Source: the human T2T-CHM13v2.0 reference genome, Homo sapiens
Length of the DNA: 64,000 nucleotides
Direction: 5' to 3' (one strand)
Assembly (NCBI RefSeq): GCF_009914755.1
Contig: NC_060929.1
Under the pieces are notes generated by a model. It was not told the origin of the DNA. It made no database searches and saw nothing but the letters and a program-made list of their open reading frames with translations. Below are positions 12,900 through 28,331 of this stretch, one piece after another; position 1 is the stretch's first letter, and each line of letters opens with the position of its first letter. The position numbers were made by a program, and so were the translations under genes.

Positions 12900-14780
12900 T
12901 TTAAAACCCAGAAATAAATCCATGCATTTACAGTCAATTGATTTTGGACAAAAATGCCAAGAACACACACTTGGCAAAAGATAGTCTCTTCAATAAATGA
13001 TGCTGGGAAAAAGGATATCTACATGCAGAAGAATGAGATTAGAACCTTATCTCATGCCATATACAAAAATAAACTCAAAATGGATTAAAGCCTTAAATAT
13101 GATATCTAAAACTGTAAAAGTACTAGAAGAAAACATAGGGGAAAAGCTCCATAACATTGATCTGGAAAATGATTTTTTCAATATAACTCCAAGAGCACAA
13201 GAAACAAAATCAAAAGTAGACGATTGGGATTACATCAAACAAAAACATTTTTGTGCAGTAAAAGAAACAATCAACAGAGTGAAGATACAGTCTACAGAAT
13301 GGGAGAAAATATTTGCAAACCACACCTCTGTAAGGAGTTCATATCCAAAGTATATAGGACATTCAAATAACTCAATAGTAGGAAGACAAATAAATCAGTT
13401 ACAAAGGACCTGAATAAACACTTGTCAAAAGAAGACATAAAAATGGCCAAGGGTATATGAAGAAATGCTTGACATCACTAATCATTAGGAAAACGCAAAT
13501 TAAAACTACAATGACATATCACCTCTCACTTGTTAGAATGGCTATTATCAAAAAGATGAAAGATGAGCATTGGTGAGGACATGGTGAAAAGGGGACCCTT
13601 GCACACTGTTGGTGAGAATGTAAGTTAGTAGAGCTACAATGGGAAACAGTATGAAATTTTCTGAAAAACTTAAAAGTAGAACTACCATATGATCCAGTAA
13701 TCTCACTTCTGGATATATATCCAAAGGAAATAAAATCAGTATGTCAAGCAGATAGCTGTACTCCCATGTTTATTGCAGCATTATTCACAATAGCCAAGAT
13801 GTGGATCAATCTGTGTCCACCAATGGATGAATGGATTAAGAAAATATAATATATCAACACAATGGAATATGATTCAGCATTAAAAAAGAAAATCCTGTCA
13901 TATGTGACAACGTGGATGAACCCGAAGGAAATTATGTAAAGTGAAATAAGACAGGCACAGAAAGACAAATACCGCATTGCTGTGGTTTGAATGTGTCCCC
14001 CAAAGTTTATATGTTGGAAGCTTAATTCCCAATGCAACAGTTTTGAGATGGGACCTTTAAGATGTGGTTAGGGTCTGAGGGTTCTGCCCTCATGAATAGC
14101 TTAATGCTGTCATTGACGGAGTGGGTTAGTTATCATGGGAGTGGATTCCCGATAAAAGGATGAGTTCAACCACCTGTTTCCCTTTCTCTCCCATGTTCTC
14201 TTGCCCTCTGCCCTCTACTATGAGATAACAGAGCAAAAAAAGCCCTCGCCAGATGGAGGCCCCTTGACCTTAGATTTCTCAGCCTCCAGAACTATAAGAA
14301 ATAAATCTCTGTTCTTTATAAATTGCCCAATCTCAGGTATGCTGTTATAACAGCACAAAGCATGCATAATTTCACTCATATGTGGAATCTAGACACTAAG
14401 TCAAACTCATAGAGGCAGAGAGTAAAATGGTGGTTTCCAGGAACCGGGGGTGCAGGTGAGGTGGAGTTTGCTTGGGAGCTGTTAGTCAAGGATACAAAAC
14501 TTTAGTTAGACAAGAGAAATAAGTTCATGAAATCTAGAGTACAACATGGTGACTACAGTAAATAACAATGTATTGCATCCTTGAAAATCACTGAGAGTAG
14601 ATTTTTAAACGTTCTCACCACAAAAAAGGATAAATATGTACAGTAATACCTGTGTTATTAGGTCCATTTAACCATTCCACAATGTATACATAATTTTTTA
14701 AAACCTGTACACCATAAATATATAAAATTTTTATTTTTCAATTAAGATATAAATTAATTTTAAAAAGAAAAAGAAAAAAC
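12900..14780 (+). mobile_element. 5'-truncated L1MA (approx. L1MA6-8)
   Basis: ORF2 C-terminal remnant (ORF 12997-13413: [11 protein letters not shown]...EWEKIFAN), L1MA-type 3' UTR and A-rich tail. Confidence 0.85.
13978..14362 (+). mobile_element. MSTD-like MaLR solo LTR inside the L1MA
   Basis: tgctgtggtttgaatgtgtcccccaaag...aataaatctctg...cacaaagca, 5-bp TSD cgcat/tgcat. Confidence 0.85.
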
Positions 14781-16647
14781 ATTAACAAGACAGTTTACTA
14801 ACATGTATATTTCCTATAGACATGGAAGAACATTTAGGAAAAGAGTAACTGTCAAAGACATGGGTTAGCACCCCGGCTTACTCTCCATTTACAATAAAGA
14901 ACAATACATTTTTAGAGAGCAATTAGACAATGGAAAAAGATCTTGAGTCTCTGTAGTAAATTGTGGGAAAACAAATATATGGGAAGTTAATGGTAAAAAA
15001 TGTTTGTTACGTAGACTCCTCTGGTGCCTTCTCTAGTTTGGTAAGTGTCTAAGGTCATCTCTAGTAATCAACTTTTGTCCTTCCTGGTAGAGTGGGGAGG
15101 AAGGACACGTTTGTAAGTTTATGGCCTGATTTTAGGCAAGTGGTGGGAAGACAGAGAGCTCTTCTTATATCTTTTTCTCAATTGCCTTCAGCCCAAAACA
15201 ATCCTTATGCAAAAGTGGCATATTTTTGAAGTGGCATATTCTGTGACTCTTCATAATCAAAACCCACCTCAAGGAAAAGAACATTGCCAACACCTGAAAA
15301 TCTCTTTTGTGCTCCCTCCCAAAGATTGGTTTTGCTTGTTATTGAGCTTCATATAAATAGAATCATACAGTATGTTTGTTTCCTTTGCTCAAAATTATGT
15401 TTATGAAATTAATCTCCGTTGCTGTGTGCAGCTGTAGTTTGTATATTACATTTTTGTTTAGTATCCCATTGTATGAATATACTATAATATATGCATGCAC
15501 TTTACTGCTTATGAATATCTGGGCTGTTTCCAATTTGAGTGTTTTGCAAAGAGCTCTGTTATAAAATATTCTTTGTAAACATATGTCTACATTTCTGCTG
15601 GTGACACCCCAGAGTGGAATTGCTGGTTCAACAGGTATGCATTGTTCAGTTTTAGTAGATATTGTCAAAGAGTTTCCAAGAGTTGTGTTACCAATTTACC
15701 CTTTTAGCAGCAGTCTATGAGAATTCTAGTTTCTCCAAATCTTCACTACCACTTGATTTTGTTAGTCTTATTTAATTGCACTTGTTCTGGTGGGTATACA
15801 GTGGTATCTCACTGCAGTTTTAATTTGCATTTTTTCTACAAGCTAATGATATTGACCACTACCTCATATATTTGTAGGCAATTTGCATATGCTATTGTGC
15901 AAAATGCCTATTCAAAGTCTTCCACCTATTTTTCATCTCTCTTTTTTCTTGTTGACTTTTAAGAATTCTCTATAATCTTTGTTGGAAATATCTTCTCCCA
16001 CACTTTGGCCTGCTTTTTTACACATGTAACGTGTCTTTTGCTCAAGAGAAATTCTGCATTTTAATGTCTACTTATCCAGTTTTTTCTGTATGATTATTGC
16101 CTTTTGTGTCCTGTTATATAAATATTTACCTACCACAAAGTCTTCTATTCTTTTCTAAGAGGTTCATAATTTTCCATTTATATCTACATTCCATATATGG
16201 CATAAGATAGAGGTCAGTATTCATTTTTCTCTATGTGAATGTCCAATTGCCCCAGTACCATTTATTTCAATAATTTTTTGTTAAATTATGGAACAAAAAT
16301 TTTAAAAATTGTGTTTTAACAATTAGACCGAACACTAGAGTCATTACACCATGTTACCACTCTCTGTTGAAAACAATACTAATTCTCCTACTCAGGGTTA
16401 AGACTACATAATAATTAATACATAAAAATCATTTCCAATGTTAATATCCATTTCTTTTATCCTACTATCTCAATTTTCAACAATGAAATAAGGTATTAGA
16501 AGTGAGTAACAAATTACATCAATGATAGTAAAAATGTTCTGAATTATTTCTAAATTATGGTTTGAGATGTCTAAAACAATGGACAGCTGGTAAGTGAATC
16601 TTACAAAAATTGGTAGACTGTGTCTGACAGGAACCTTGCTAACCTGA

Positions 16648-17295
16648 CTGTCAGTTGGGATGTTTTCAGATGCTTGCGATAGAATTGTTGTTAGAAAATA
16701 GGAGACTATTCCTATTATTGATGCTATTATTATTATTTACATTATTATTCCTGTTAAATAATAGGGGCTTATTGTCTAAAATAATAAAAGGTCAGGAGTA
16801 AGCAGTTCCAGGTTTGCTTAAGTCAGCAGTTTGCCAGTGTCAGCTCTTCTGAAGTCCTTTGACTTTTCCTTCTTGGTTTCAGGATGGCTGCCACAGTGCC
16901 AGTCAAGACATCCTCTCATAGCAATATCCAAAAACAAGAAGGAATGAGGAAGTAGGCTTCTTCTTGCATGTCTATTTATTTTTATCAAGTAAGAAACTGT
17001 TTCTCAGAACACCCTCAATTTCCTCAACAACAGACTTCTTAGGTTTCATGATCCAGATCTGAGTCACAAGCTGAGCCTTAAACCAATCACTGACAAAGAC
17101 AAATGGGATTGCTATGATTGACTTAGAACAATCATGATCCAGCTCCTAGGGCTAGGGAAGGGACTAGCAAATTATGCTGGGTTAGGTTCCTAAAAAAAAT
17201 AGTATTTTGTATGTAAGGACCATGAATAAAGAATAAGGACCAAGAATAAAGAAAGGAAAATGGCTGTTGGCTAGGCAACCAACCACATCTACTTC
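16648..17295 (-). mobile_element. MLT1K/L-type MaLR LTR
   Basis: ggatggctgccacag...ccttaaaccaatcactgacaaag...ggctgttggctaggcaacc is reverse-strand old MLT1. Confidence 0.65.
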
Positions 17296-17669
17296 CTTCC
17301 AAGTGATGAGATTTGAGGGTAAAATGAGACCAAAAAAAATCCCTTAACAACTCTAAATTGAGTTTCAAATTTAATTACAATTTTAATTGAAAAACATAAT
17401 AGGTATTTATTTATACGTAAGAATAATAAAGAGTGGGACTAGAAATAAATCTATAGCCCAGATATCTCTGACATACAGGCTATGAATTTAAATTACCCTG
17501 AAAATATTAATATAAAGAGGGAAATATAGCACAGAAGCAGTGGCAGGTCTTGGTATGATTTCACTGTAGTGACAGAAAGAACCACCCAATTAATTATAAA
17601 TTTTTAGAGAATAAAATTATTTGAGAATAATAACTATCTGTACTAATACCAATATTGTGCAATTACAGA

Positions 17670-17905
17670 AAACATGACCATTTACACGGAGGTCTCACAT
17701 ATATTGTCTCATTTAAACCTCTTAACAATTTTGTCACTTATGTAGGGCAAATGGTTTTATTTCTGTATTTGTAGATTGTGACATTAAGAAAGGAATTAGT
17801 AAGGAGAAATTAACATATTAATTAAAATGAATTAACATGTTAAGAAAATGTATTCTCTGAGATGACAGAGTTGACTCATACAGTTGACTAGAACTCAGTT
17901 CTCCT
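17670..17905 (-). mobile_element. MIR fragment
   Basis: cacatatattgtctcatttaaacctcttaacaa core motif. Confidence 0.55.
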
Positions 17906-18939
17906 TTTTGGTAGACCATTTATCAATCTAATACATCCATCTATTTATCAATTAATCTTTTGACATATGTAATAACTTGTTTATTAACGATGAGCATATT
18001 GATGAAATGTACTTATGTTAATATTTCTCAGCTAAAGGTTTTCATGTTTAATCAATGGGTACTTTCTCTGAGGAAGAAAAGAGAGGGAATTTTTCCTTAT
18101 TCATTTATTGAAGTATTTACTTAATTTGACACCCTAGAAAAGATATCATCAAGGTTAGGTCTTCAATCTGGTATTTTAGGTCAGTTAACTCTAGAAAACA
18201 TGTTTTAGGGGCACAAGGGCTAGAAGACATTGGATGAATACTGTAGCAGAGAGGTGGAAGCACATAGACTCACAAAGAAGGTTCCAATGCCCGCTGCCCA
18301 CAAGAGTCAGGAAGTACTTCTTGTTGGTGTAACCACCCACATGAATATTTCATATTGAGGAAAAGATACTCTCGGACTAAGAAGTGAAGTCTGGACTTTC
18401 TTGACTAAGAAAAGAATTTGTGCAAATCCTCGAGGTAAGATAGTGTGCTCACAGGGCAAAGTGAGAAGCTCAAAATAGTTAAGACACAGTGATTATGCGC
18501 CCCAAAATTTAAGAAATGTATATGGAAAAGAAGATAGAGCAGTTGGGCATGTGAATATAGTCTATAGGGTCAGAGGAGGTGTTTTTGTTTTATTTTGTTC
18601 AAATTAAAATGGATTTGCCTATGTTTATAAACTAAAGAAAGCGAAAAGGCAGAAAACAATGAGATCTAGAAAAAGGAGATGTGAGAAGATAAAGTCAAGT
18701 ACACAGATGGAAAGATGAACCTCATCAAGAGGAAACACACCTTATTCTGGTACTGAGCTGAATAATGTAAGTGTGGTATGGAGAAAATAAATTTACAGAT
18801 GGGGAAAAGACTGGGAAAGTGGTAAAGTGCATGAGGATGGCTTTATTTTTGGAGTGCATAATAACAATTATGATGACAATAATGAAGGCAATAGTTTATG
18901 ACAAGGCATAAACAGAAGGCAATCTGTTCATTATTTACC

Positions 18940-19065
18940 AGAATTATCTCATTTGATAACCTTAACAACACCGTGAAGTAAATTCCATTATCATTATGCC
19001 CCTTTGCAGATGAGAAAACTGAGGTTTAGATAAATTCACGTGACTAAGATCATGTGGGTAGGAAA
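18940..19065 (-). mobile_element. MIR fragment
   Basis: ttatctcatttg...tttgcagatgagaaaactgagg MIR core. Confidence 0.75.
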
Positions 19066-20343
19066 GAACTGATAACGGCCTAGTAATCCGCACAACACTG
19101 AAACTCGAAGGCAACAAGAGGCCTTGTTCCACTGATCTATGTCTTAGCTTGAGAAAGAATATGAGAACCAGGGCTTGGAGAACTTCCTTATGGTATTGAA
19201 AAAAAATGTAAATCCTGACCTGGGCAAGGGATGCTAAGTGACAAATAACTTAAGGACTTAAAAAAAAGTATCCCATTTGCAAACAAGCATAACATGAAAT
19301 TAGCTTAGCTTATATAAGGCTTAAATGGTAATTGACCTTAAGTTTCTATTGTCTCAGCTGATTATTTTGAAAATATTGTCGTAGTTGAACTGGTACTTTA
19401 AAAAGTCAACTTTTACACTTGCATTTGAAAATTAAATTAAAGTAGTTGTCTCAGCAGTAAGTCAGGAGACTCAGCATATCAAGTGAAATGTCCAATATCT
19501 GCCCATTAAGTATGCCTTTTTGAATAAGAACCATGAATCAAATGAATCATCCTTACCCAACCCTGACAAAGTCTTGATATTTCAAAGCAGCATATAATGA
19601 AGACCCAAATGACACTTCTAGCCCACCATTTTTGGGAAATGAGCTTGCATTTATGGTCTGGAAGACTGAACAGGTTGTGATAATCACTCTACAGTCTCCT
19701 GTGCATTGGTGCAAGTGACCTGGAGAATTGGATGAGAGATTCAAGGAGGTAAAATTACTTTACCTGAGTAAGGTTGCATGAGATTTCCAGGAAGAGTGTG
19801 TTAGTTTTGGGGGGTGTGAGGAAGTGTGAGTGTGGGTGTCTGCAGCTAACTATCAAAATACTATCCCCTACCTCAGCTTCATGCTTTACATAAGGTTGGT
19901 GCTCAAAAAAATGTGTCTATAAAAAAATGGAAAGTATACATGAATATTATGAGGATCTAAGCTCCCTGCCAAATATTCAGTCACTGAATCATTGCTGTTT
20001 ATCTCTAAAAAAAAAAAAAAAAAAAAAAAAAATCTCTTCTTTTATCCGTCACCATGTACACAGCATCATCCTCCCAAACGCTGAAGCTTTTGCAATCACT
20101 GTAGCCCCCAAAGCCTTGTGTAATGCCTGCTTTATAGTTGACAGTAAACAAATAGAATAAAAATTGAAAATATCATTTGTAGAGATTAAAATGATATATA
20201 TTTAGGATGTAGTAAGTAACATTATCAGATGTTTAGAAACATGTCTTACTAAATTCATGTATTTACTAGTTCAATACACTGATATTTTGACCCAAACATG
20301 AGAAACTCTTATTTTCCCTTTTGTTGGTGAAGATGCCAATATT

Positions 20344-20525
20344 CCAGAGGTTTTAACCTTTTTGTGCCATAAATCCCTTTAAAAACCTAATAAAACCTAC
20401 CTTCATAATTGAAGGAAAAGCTAAATTTCAGTTGGAGTTTTGATAAAATAAGAATGTCATGTTTTCCTATCCATGTTTGTAGTTTCCCTGAATATTATGG
20501 TACGTGGGCACCACATAAAGCCCTG
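20344..20525 (+). mobile_element. Internally deleted MER119/Charlie7-type DNA transposon
   Basis: 5' end cagaggttttaacctttttgtgccata fused to the 3' part ttcataattgaaggaaaagctaaatttcagttggag. Confidence 0.6.
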
Positions 20526-21035
20526 ATGAAACCAATTTGAAGTGTGTATATTATGTCTACAAAGCAGGCAATGTTCTCTCCTTATTCTAGCTTTTTAATT
20601 TTTAAACAATTTGCCAGATCTATTGCATATTTTCCCCTCTGCCTTGCACATAATTCTTCTACTCTTCCAAATATTTTTTAAAATAGAAATTTCCCATAAA
20701 TAACTAATTTTAAATAACTTCATATGGTCTTTTTCCCCAAACTGGTAACACCAGATAGAATACTCCCATGCAAGTAAGACGAAAATGAAGTTATTGAGTA
20801 CCCGAACCGCTATGCTTTTCCCTTCCTTTTCTTCTAATCAGCCACACTTTTTGAGCTGGGGAAGTAGAATGATGAACCATAGTATTACTCTATGTCTATA
20901 GCAACTGTTTGGCCTTTCCTCAACAAAAGTGCTTAAACCACACACCTGAACCAAAACAAAATCCTAAGTACAATCTTTTAGTCATGCATGTATCAGTTCC
21001 TCAGTTTTTCTCGTCTTTCTTTTTAACATATGCAG

Positions 21036-21151
21036 GTTCACTTAGGAAAAAATTCTTTTTATCATAGACTGAGAATATGCTAGAAGATCTCAGAATCGTT
21101 TGGACGTTTTTAGCTCCGTTGACTTCTGTCTCTATGGCGAGGAAACAAAGG
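21036..21151 (+). other. Candidate non-coding internal exon (116 nt)
   Basis: Strong acceptor tttttctcgtctttctttttaacatatgcag|G and consensus donor AGG|gtaagt, in non-repetitive DNA. Stop codons in all three frames. Confidence 0.4.
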
Positions 21152-24100
21152 GTAAGTGGGGAAGAAGAGCTGAAAGACTGAAGATTATTGACGTTGTTGA
21201 TTAAAAAAAAAACTCTAAAATTCTTCTGCCCAACTATTTTAACAAGAACATAATTTGAATAAAGAAATCATGAAACTTTTTGGTGACTTCTTTTTCACAA
21301 AGGATACAAGCCTCACTGTTATATAACTTATGTAGTTGGGGGTGGGTGGGAACTAAGCCATTTCCTTAGAGTGTATTCTTGTATTAGTCTTTTTAGAAAT
21401 AGACAAGCTAAAGCAGGAAACAGGATGTGCCCTTTTATTACTTTTTTTCCCTTGAAGCTAAACCTTCTTTCAGTGATCCACGTCAATATCCCTCCAACAG
21501 CGCAGCTTTAGTTTTTACTTTGAAAAATGGGCTTGGGCCATTTTGTCAACACACATTCTTCCCTGCTAGACATTTAATTTGCTCTGGCCTTTATAGAAAG
21601 CGGCATCATCCTGGGCTCCCCCCTGCAGCCTTAATGGAGCAATGCCCCTGTAGCATGCCATCAGGTTCACCAATGGAAGCAGCAGGCGTTGCCAAAAACA
21701 AAGAGGATCCCTGGCTTTCCAACAATGAAAACTCCCTGTGTTGAGTTCTCCACCATGTGCCTCTCTCCAGGTTCTAGCCAACACTGAGAAATTTCATTTC
21801 TTCATTAGCTGGGAGCAGCTGTTGGGAAAGAGACGCTGGCCAGATTCATAACCGGGCGCCTATTCTGGCAATAAGCTTTTTAAAAACTGCTTTAAACAGC
21901 ACTCTGGATCTCAGACTATATCAAGTGAGAATCTGTGTTAAAATTGGAGTGGCTTCTGTGGAAAGATCAAGTGTTCTATTCTTTATCTGGAAACTGTTGC
22001 TAAATGGCTTACAAACCCAGGCTGCAGAATGGGTTGTTTACTTTAACAGATTTTTATCGTGTTTTGTTTCATCCACTGTTTTCTCTTCCCATTCTCACTG
22101 ATGTTCCAATCATTCTCTGAGAGAGATCTTGGTCAGGCTATAGCAGATCTGAGCCAGGCCTCAGCACGGGTGGAGAGTAAGTTTCATGTACAAAAGGGCT
22201 TAGCAAGTATCTGTTGCTACAGAATTAATTTAGTTCGAGAAGTTGCTTCATATTGATTGTCGCCCATTGCCTTAAAACTCAATGAAATCTCTACCAAACT
22301 TGATATACCCTACTACATAGCAAAATAGAATCCAACATAAGGTTTCCTTCATTTCCTGTTCATTTAGATCAAGGCTTCTTAAACTCTTGTATACTATGAA
22401 ACCCTCTGGCATTTTGGTGAAGTCTGTGCACCCAGATTAATACTTTGGGGGTTTTGTAAATATAAAACACAATAAACGGTATTGTAGAGGAAACCAATAA
22501 TATGGAAATATCAGTAGTGAAATATTTTTAAATAAATGTGTAACACTCTGGGTTTCCGGTGTGGCATGTAAGGCGCTTAGAAGCCACCACTCCATCTTAG
22601 CAACAAGTAAAAAGCTGAACTTTTTACTTTTTACAGATTGAGTATCAACAACTCTCCTTCGATTTGTTGAAGAAGCAAGGTCACAGGGAAAACCGCTTCC
22701 CCCAAAATTGGAGAGACAGACAGCCTAACACAGAGAATCACAACTGAGATTCCAGAGTAGGAACCGATGACCAAAAACTTTTGCAAGAACCAGGACAAAA
22801 GCAGGAAAACTATAATTGTAATTGATGAACTGCTAGAGGCTCCGTGTGGACAAGTCAGAGAGTTACAAACTCCAGTGGAACCCAGTCATAGTTGGCCCCC
22901 CACACTTCTGTGGGTCTTACCTCCAGGAGTTCTACCAGGTCCTCACAGTGAATATCAGAGAAAAATCTTCTCATGCTTCCAGCTGGGGAGGATAAAAATT
23001 GCCATTCTGAAATACACTATAATATTTTGTTCTTAACAAGGCCTGCCCTTAGAAGAATCTGTCTCACCAGAGCCTAACCTGCTGGGGTTTTATTAGAGCC
23101 TAGCTGACCAGGGGGAAGAAAAATACCAAACTCCAGCCCCCTCTATCCATTCTGTCCCATCTAAGGAAGAATAAAACTGAGAAGCACTGGTGAATTCACA
23201 GTCCCAGACACAGGTTCACCAAAAGACTGAGACCTACTCATAAAACTGTAGAATGCTTCCCCTCTCCAATACCTTGCCACCATACAACTAAAGGCCTACT
23301 TGGCAGAATTCCTTTCTACCAGTAACTCATGTCCAGATTATAACAAAAAATGACAAAGCACACTAAAAGGCAAAAAAAAAATCACTGTTTGAAGACGCTG
23401 AACAAGCTTCGGAACCAGAATCAGATATGGCAGGGATGTTTGAATTATCAAAATGGTAATTTAAAACAACTATGATGGGTATGCTAAGAGATCCAGTGGA
23501 AAAAGTAGACAACATGCAAGAACAGATGGATAATAAGAAGAAAGATGGAAACTCTAAGAAAGAATCAGAAAGAAATGCTGGACGTCAAAAACACTATAAG
23601 AGAAATGCAGAATGCCTTTAACGGGCTTTTAGTAGACTGGGCATGGCTAGGAAAAGAATCTCTGAACTTCAGGCTAAGAAAATATAAAGGTCCAAAACTG
23701 AAAAACAGAGAAAAAAGAACAAAGTATCCAAGAACTGTGGAATAATGACAAAAGTTATACATGTTAAGAAGACCAGAAGAAGAAAGACAGAAACAGAAAC
23801 AATATTTGAACCAATAATAACTGAGAAAATTAATGTCAGATACCAAACCACAGATCCAGAAAGCTCAGAGGACACCAAGGAGGATGTATACCAAACAAAC
23901 AAAAAACAGAAAACTTTACATCTAGGCATATGCTGTTCAAACTCTAGAAAACCAAAGATAAAGAGAAAAAAAAAAAAACTCCTAAAAGAAGCCAGAAGGA
24001 GGAAAAAAACCATTACCTGTAGAGAAACAAAGACAAAATTACATCCAATTTCTCCTCAAAAGCCAGGCAAGTGAGAGACCATGGAGTGAAATGTTTAAAG

Positions 24101-24329
24101 TATTGAGAGAAAAAAAAAAAAAAAAAAACCTAAAATTCTGTACTCTGAAAAATTATCCTTCAAAAGTGAAGGAGAAATAAAGTATTTCTCAAACAAACAA
24201 AAATTAAGGGAATTTATTGCCAGTAAACTTGCCTTGTAAGACTTGTTAAAAGTTTTTCAGAGGAAGGAAAATTATATTGGTCAGAAATTCAGACCCACAT
24301 AAGAAAAGAATATCAGCATTGGAGAATAA

Positions 24330-25012
<683 letters not shown>

Positions 25013-25620
25013 CAAAATTCTATTTTTCTTATTCTTAGTTGATCTAACAGATGACAATTTGTTCAAAATAATAATACCAACAATGCATTCAACTATGTAT
25101 GCTTATGTACAAGTGAAATGAATGACAACGATGATACAAGGAACTGGAGAGAAGAATTGAAGAAATTTTATTATTATAAGGTATTTGCACTACCCATGAA
25201 GTGGTATAGTGCTATTTGACGATTGACTTGGATTAGCTGTTAAGTGTATACAGCAAACTATAGAGCAACTATTTGAAATGTTTTTTAAATATATTTGACA
25301 TGCTAAGAAAGGAGAGAAAATGGAATCACACAGTGCTCAATTAAAACCATAAAAGGCAGAATAAGTGTGAAAGACAAAAATAGGAACAAAGAACAAGGGC
25401 AACAAATGCGAAAGCAAAAAATATGGTAGATATTAATCCAACTATATCACTAATTACTTTAAATGCCAGTGGTCTAAATGCACCAAATAGAAGACAGATA
25501 TTCTTAGAATAGAAAACAAAAATAAACAAACAAAAAAAAAACAAGACCAACTATATGTTGTCAATAAGAAATCTACTTCAAATATAAAGACACTTACGAA
25601 TTAAAAGTAAGGTAATGACT

Positions 25621-25914
25621 GGCCAGGCGCGGTGTCTCATGCTTGTGATCCCAGCATTTTGGGACACTGAGGCTGGTGGATTGCTTGGGTTCAATCATTT
25701 GAGACCAGCCTAGGAAGCATGGAGAAACCCCGTCTCTACAAAACATACAAAAATAGCTGGGCATGGTGGCATGTTCCTGTGGTTCCAGCTACTCCAGAGG
25801 CTAAGGTAGGAGAATACGTTCCCTGAGAGGTCGAGCCTGCAGTGAACTGTGATTGTGCCACTGCACTTCAGCCTGGGCAACAGAGCAAGACCTTGTCTCA
25901 AAAAAAAAAAAAAA
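25621..25914 (+). mobile_element. AluJ
   Basis: Full dimer with J-type gaggtcgagcctgcagtg..gtgattgtg, TSD approx. aaaagtaa(g/a)gtaat. Confidence 0.85.
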
Positions 25915-26035
25915 GTAAAGTAATAGAGAAAAATGTGCCAAACACTAATCAAAACAAAGTAGGTGTAGCTATATTAATTTCAGACAAAGCAGACTTCAGA
26001 GCAATTAATTTTATCAGGGATAAGGAAGGCCATTA

Positions 26036-26440
<405 letters not shown>

Positions 26441-28331
26441 AAGGCCATTACATAAAAATAAAGGCGTCAATATTCCAAAAAGAAATGGCAATTCTTAAAG
26501 TGTATGCACTTAACAATCCAGCATCCAAATTCATAAGGTAAAATGAGAAATAAATAAATCTAATATACTTGGACACTTCACAATACCCCTATCAAAAATG
26601 GACAGCAGGAGGCAGAAAATCACTAAGAATATAATTGAATTTAAAGGCATCATCAAACAATTGGATATAATTGACATCTGTAGATTACTCCATTCAATAA
26701 CAGCAGATTACACAGTCTCCTCAAGCTCATATGGAACATTCAACAAGATAGGCCATATCCTGGGCCATAAAACACACCATCACAAATTTAAAAGAATAGG
26801 ACTCATACATCTGCTCTCAGAAAACAATGGAATTAAACTAGATATCAACAACAGAATGATAGCTGGAAAATCCCCAAATGCTTGTAGATTAAATGATGCA
26901 CTTCTAAATTACACATTTGTCAAAGGAGAAACCTCAACAGAAATGTTAAAATATTTTCAACTAAAATAAAATACAACTTACCAAAATTTGTGGATGCAGT
27001 GAAAGCAGTGCTTAGAGAGAAATATATGCATGGAACACATATGTTAAAGAAAGGTCTAAAATCACTAATAAAACTTTCTACCTTAGGAAACTAGAAAAAG
27101 AAGAGCAAATTAAATCCAAAGTAAGCAGAAGAAATAATAAAAATTAGAGCAGAACTTAATGTAATTGGAAACACAAAATCAGTAGACAAAATCAACAAAA
27201 CAAAAAAGGTTGATTCTTTGGGGAAAAAAATGGATAAAATCAATAAGCCTCTAGCCAAGCTTACAAAGAAAAAAAGAAAGAGAAGACACAAATTGCTAAT
27301 ATCAGTAACGGAACAGGTGACATCACTACCAATTCCATGGACATTAAAAGGTTAACAAAGAAATATTATGAACAAACCTATGCCCACAAATTTGACAACC
27401 TTAATGAAATGAACCAATTCCTTGAAAGACACAATTTACCAAAACTCGTACAAAAGTAGACAAAATGAATAGGCCTATACCTATTAAGTTGAATCAATAA
27501 TTTATAACTTTCCAAAACAGAAAGCTCCAGGCCCAGATGGGTTCGGTGGTGAATTCTACCAAAGATTTAAAAATATATTTACCAATTCTCTAAAATCTCT
27601 TTTAGAATATAGAAGCAGAGGAAATACTTTCTAATTCATTCTATATGACCAACATTAGTGTAATACCAAAACCAGACAAAGACATTACAAGAAAAGAAAA
27701 GTGCGTGCCAGTATTTCTCACAAGCATAGGTGCAAAAAGCCTTAACAAAATACTGAAGCATATTCTACAATGTATAAAAATAATTATTACCACGTGGGAT
27801 TTATCCCAGGTATGCATGGCAGGTTTAACATTAGAATATCCAGTTAATGTAATATACCACATCAATAGGCTAAAGAAGAAAAATCACATTATGTCAATCA
27901 GAAAAAACATTTAACAAAATACAACACCCATTTATGATTTTTAAAAAAACTCTCAGAAAACTAGGAACACAGGAGAACTTCCTCAACTTGGTAAAGAACA
28001 ACTACAAAAAATCTTAAGCTGACATCATACTGAGTGGTGAGAATCTTGAGGCTTTCCCGCTAAGATCAAGAATAAGGCAAGGATACTCCCTCTCACCACT
28101 GTTTTCAACATCATATTGGAAGTCCTAACTGATACAAAAAGACAAAACAAAGAAATAAAAGGCATACAGATTAAAAAGAAGAAATAACACTGTCTTTATT
28201 TGCAGGTAACATGATCATCTATGTAGAAAGTCCAAAAGAATTGACAAAAACACTCCTGGAACTAATAAGCAATTACTGTGAGGTTGCAGAATGTAAGACT
28301 AATATTAAAAAGTTAATTGCTTTCCTGTATA

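Larger units (their letters stand above)
12818..15253 (-). mobile_element. MER34-type ERV1 solo LTR, split by an L1MA
   Basis: tgtagggga...gtggcatattctgtgactcttca termini with a perfect 4-bp TSD TAAT (12814-12817 and 15254-15257). Confidence 0.75.
12705..16275 (-). mobile_element. Old L1ME-type 3' region, split into ~12705-12817 and ~15254-16275
   Basis: Reverse-strand L1 3' UTR and ORF2-end motifs (aagtgaacaaaacatgtaat | caaaacccacctcaagg; agagtggaattgctgg; gcagtctatgagaattc) resume across the LTR insertion. Confidence 0.7.
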
